A stretch of DNA of 64,000 nt from Mobula hypostoma (taxonomy: Eukaryota), in assembly GCF_963921235.1 (NCBI RefSeq), contig NC_086108.1:34288001-34352000 (forward strand), read 5' to 3'. Shown here piece by piece: positions 61,284 through 64,000 of this stretch (positions are counted from its first letter, which is position 1; every line of letters begins with the position of its first letter). The translations under genes were made by a program, and so were the position numbers. Below the pieces are notes generated by a model. That model worked only from the letters and a program-made list of their open reading frames with translations, did no database searches and was not told the DNA's origin.

Positions 61284-64000
61284 CCAGCATTTCAACGCAC
61301 AACTGATTGTTTCTTTTTCAACAAGTTCCAGTCCAACAATTAACAGTGCAATACTTCATAATTCTAATTAACATTGCTATCCAAATTACATCCTTACCCC
61401 AGTTAATAGATACTTGCTCACAATCTCAGATGCAATTTGAATTAACTCTGCAGCAGTGAAGATGAAGCTCGGCTCATGATTAACAATATCAAATGTGTAG
61501 TGCATTTGATAAGAGGGTCCATTTGGAAGAAATTTTTTCTTCACACAGTAGCCTTAGAAACAAATGTGAAGTACTCATTTAGGAAGTGCACAGTTCAGAC
61601 TTGTATCTGTTTTCATGAAGGTAAAAGGCAAACAAATGTATCTGCATACAATGTTTTGTATCTAAGTATGTTGTGGTTCACTGTAACTATATTATAACAA
61701 TGTTAAACAAATTAGCAGCATAGTATCTGTCTACTGAATAATCAAGTAATTACAGCAGAGATTTTAAAACTCTTTCAATAGCAAGAACAGTGCATGAGAG
61801 GGACTTAAAACGGATAGCCTTACTTCTCAGGTCTAATACAATGTTCCCCCAGTCCCCTGAGTTTTTTATGATACAAAGGAGGGTCATTAATGAAGATTCC
61901 ATTAAAGGCAGGAAAGGTCCTTCTTTTCCATTTGGCCGAGCAGCAAAACTTGGTATGAGTGATTGACTGCTCAGAAATGGCCATGGTCATTACTTTTTTA
62001 AAAAAAAAGGCCTGCTAGAACCACACTCATGTCAGAAAGTGCAAGAAAGTTTTGCTGGAAAACATTTTCTCACTAGTCAAGGATTTTCTTTAATCTCCAA
62101 TGGACCTGGAAATTCCATGGAAGCCTTTTCCCATCTTGCCTCCATCTCACCAATTGCCAGGAATGTAGTCAATCTCATGATCATTTCTGCTGCCCAGCTA
62201 TCATACAGTGGGATTCTGGGTAGCTTGAAGACAGTGAGGCCCTGCCGTTTAGATAACCCCTGCCTTTGTTTCCTAGGGCTCTGTTTCAGTAGGTGCTGGT
62301 TCACCATCGCTTTCTTAAAAATGATGTCTATATCATTAAACCAAATTATTGCTGAGGATGCCTACTTGAGCAGGTGCAATCAAGGAATGTAGGGATCTCC
62401 CAAAGCAATTAGCTGGTACTTTGCATTGACTCAGGCTGTTTCCCAGCTCACTGAAGACAACACTCCCATGAATTGTTTGCCATAGACCAGGGATACCCAA
62501 TCGCTTTTTTATGCCATGGGCTAATACCATGAAGCAAGGGCCCCAAACCCCTGATTTAGACAATATTTAGAAAGAAAATCAAAAACTGCTTCTGAAGGCT
62601 TTCAGAATCCCAGTAACCAATTACCTAACACAGAAGCAATTTGTAACAGAACAATTCCTTCCTGGTTGTCACTTTGCTAAGAAGCAAAAACTTGGCACAG
62701 ATGTTCACTTATGTTAAAAAAAGTTATATTAACTTATGTTAAAAATATTAATGCACAGACTTGACTCAACTTTTCATTTCACTAATGTGTTTTTTTTTAT
62801 GAACAAGACATACCACGGGCCCCTGTACACAGAGGGAGGCTGAAGCAGTCAAAAAGCAGAATAAGTGGGCAGAAATTTGGAAGTTCATTATTTCATATAA
62901 GGTTCTCCAGAAAATACAGCACTGGAACAGATCATTTTGCCTGTGTAATTCATGCCAGTCCTTCGGATCCAGAATACACTGCTCCTCATATGTTGCTACA
63001 AATTTTAAATGTACAGTTTTCTTTCAATAGCCAGTTCTATGGCCTCATCTCTGTGGTTTTAAAGAAATTTCCTTTCACCTTCCATTTGCACTCTGGTTTT
63101 GTTGTGATGGTAACTTCAAATTCAAGTATCATTAAACCGAATATGATCATAGCCAAATGAAACAGTGTTCCTCCGAGGCCAAGGTGCAAAGCACACTGCA
63201 CATAGCACAAGTGGCACATATGGTTATGATTTCAGAAGAAAATGCAGTCACAAGTGAAAAATAATAGTACAGCCTAAGTCACTGAGTTGTCCTGGTCTAG
63301 CTTGTACTTCCACTGAGTGAACACCAGAGGGCAGCGCTGATAGGGCAGGCACAGTACTAAATCCAGTGGCACACAGTCAGCTCCAGCATCGTCTTTGCCA
63401 GAAACCACAACAGACATCTGTGAGGCATGGGGACCTTTACAGCACAACAACCAAGGCAATGCAGCTGCCCTGCCGCCAGTCTCACCAATGAACCAGTGAA
63501 CTGGACTTGCAGTACTCTATGCTGCATAAGTCCAACAGGATCTTGCAAACACAATCAAAATGTCCGAACAATCACTTGGCAGCTTTTTTTTTTGGACCGG
63601 GCACCAAATCAGCTCAATGGTATGCAATAAGTCCAGCTCCATTGCTACCAAGCTACTCACTAATGGGATAGTCCTGCAGTACTTGATGTATCCAGAGGTG
63701 ACTTGCGATCATAAAAGAGACATACAGGACAAACAAATACACATTTGATTGGACCCGGAATGGCTGCTGCATCTGAGCACACCACCATTTTATTGAAAGC
63801 AGAATTTCTACTTACCCCCACCAGGAGAAACAGTCCCTCTGTTAATAAACCATTGAAACCTTTCCTAATGTAAAAACAAAACCCTGTACAGTCTCTCCTT
63901 GGTCATTCCTAATCATGAGACTGTTTATCCCTTCTGAAGCTCACACTTTAGCAGAATTTTTTAATCTCTTCCTTGCCCTCCTGAGCGTCCCTCCGTTCTT

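Noticed and set aside
63321..63340. Third CTCF-like motif ACACCAGAGGGGCAGC
   Set aside because: An extra G breaks the spacing and the leading CC is missing; it lies in a repeat-like segment.

Overview
Eukaryotic, repeat-dense vertebrate DNA. The mix of CR1, Rex1/Babar, Penelope, RTE-derived and V-SINE/HE1-type elements points to a cartilaginous fish, probably a ray; that is inference. No recognisable host gene is present, only weak orphan exon candidates, so the window is probably intergenic or within a large intron. All identifiable coding homology is transposon-derived: a full-length decayed hAT (6894-9909), a frameshift-free Rex1 LINE (25.5-28.5 kb), a decayed Gypsy (29.8-33.8 kb) split by a LINE at its YxDD motif, several CR1 fragments, a Penelope GIY-YIG element inside a probable solo LTR, two Harbinger derivatives, SINEs and MITEs. 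A 5.3-kb satellite (10-bp/30-bp units with ~1.4-1.6-kb higher-order repeats) explains all giant ORFs at 36-42 kb. The most notable observations are an intact minimal hammerhead ribozyme in a tiny inverted Penelope insertion, an unexplained old long inverted repeat at 49.1-49.9 kb, a 6-bp-TSD transposon with a duplicated end, a Bov-A-like RTE-derived family, and a CTCF-like site in a solo LTR. I cannot support a wholly new biological system from this sequence alone. Boundaries without TSD/TIR support are approximate.
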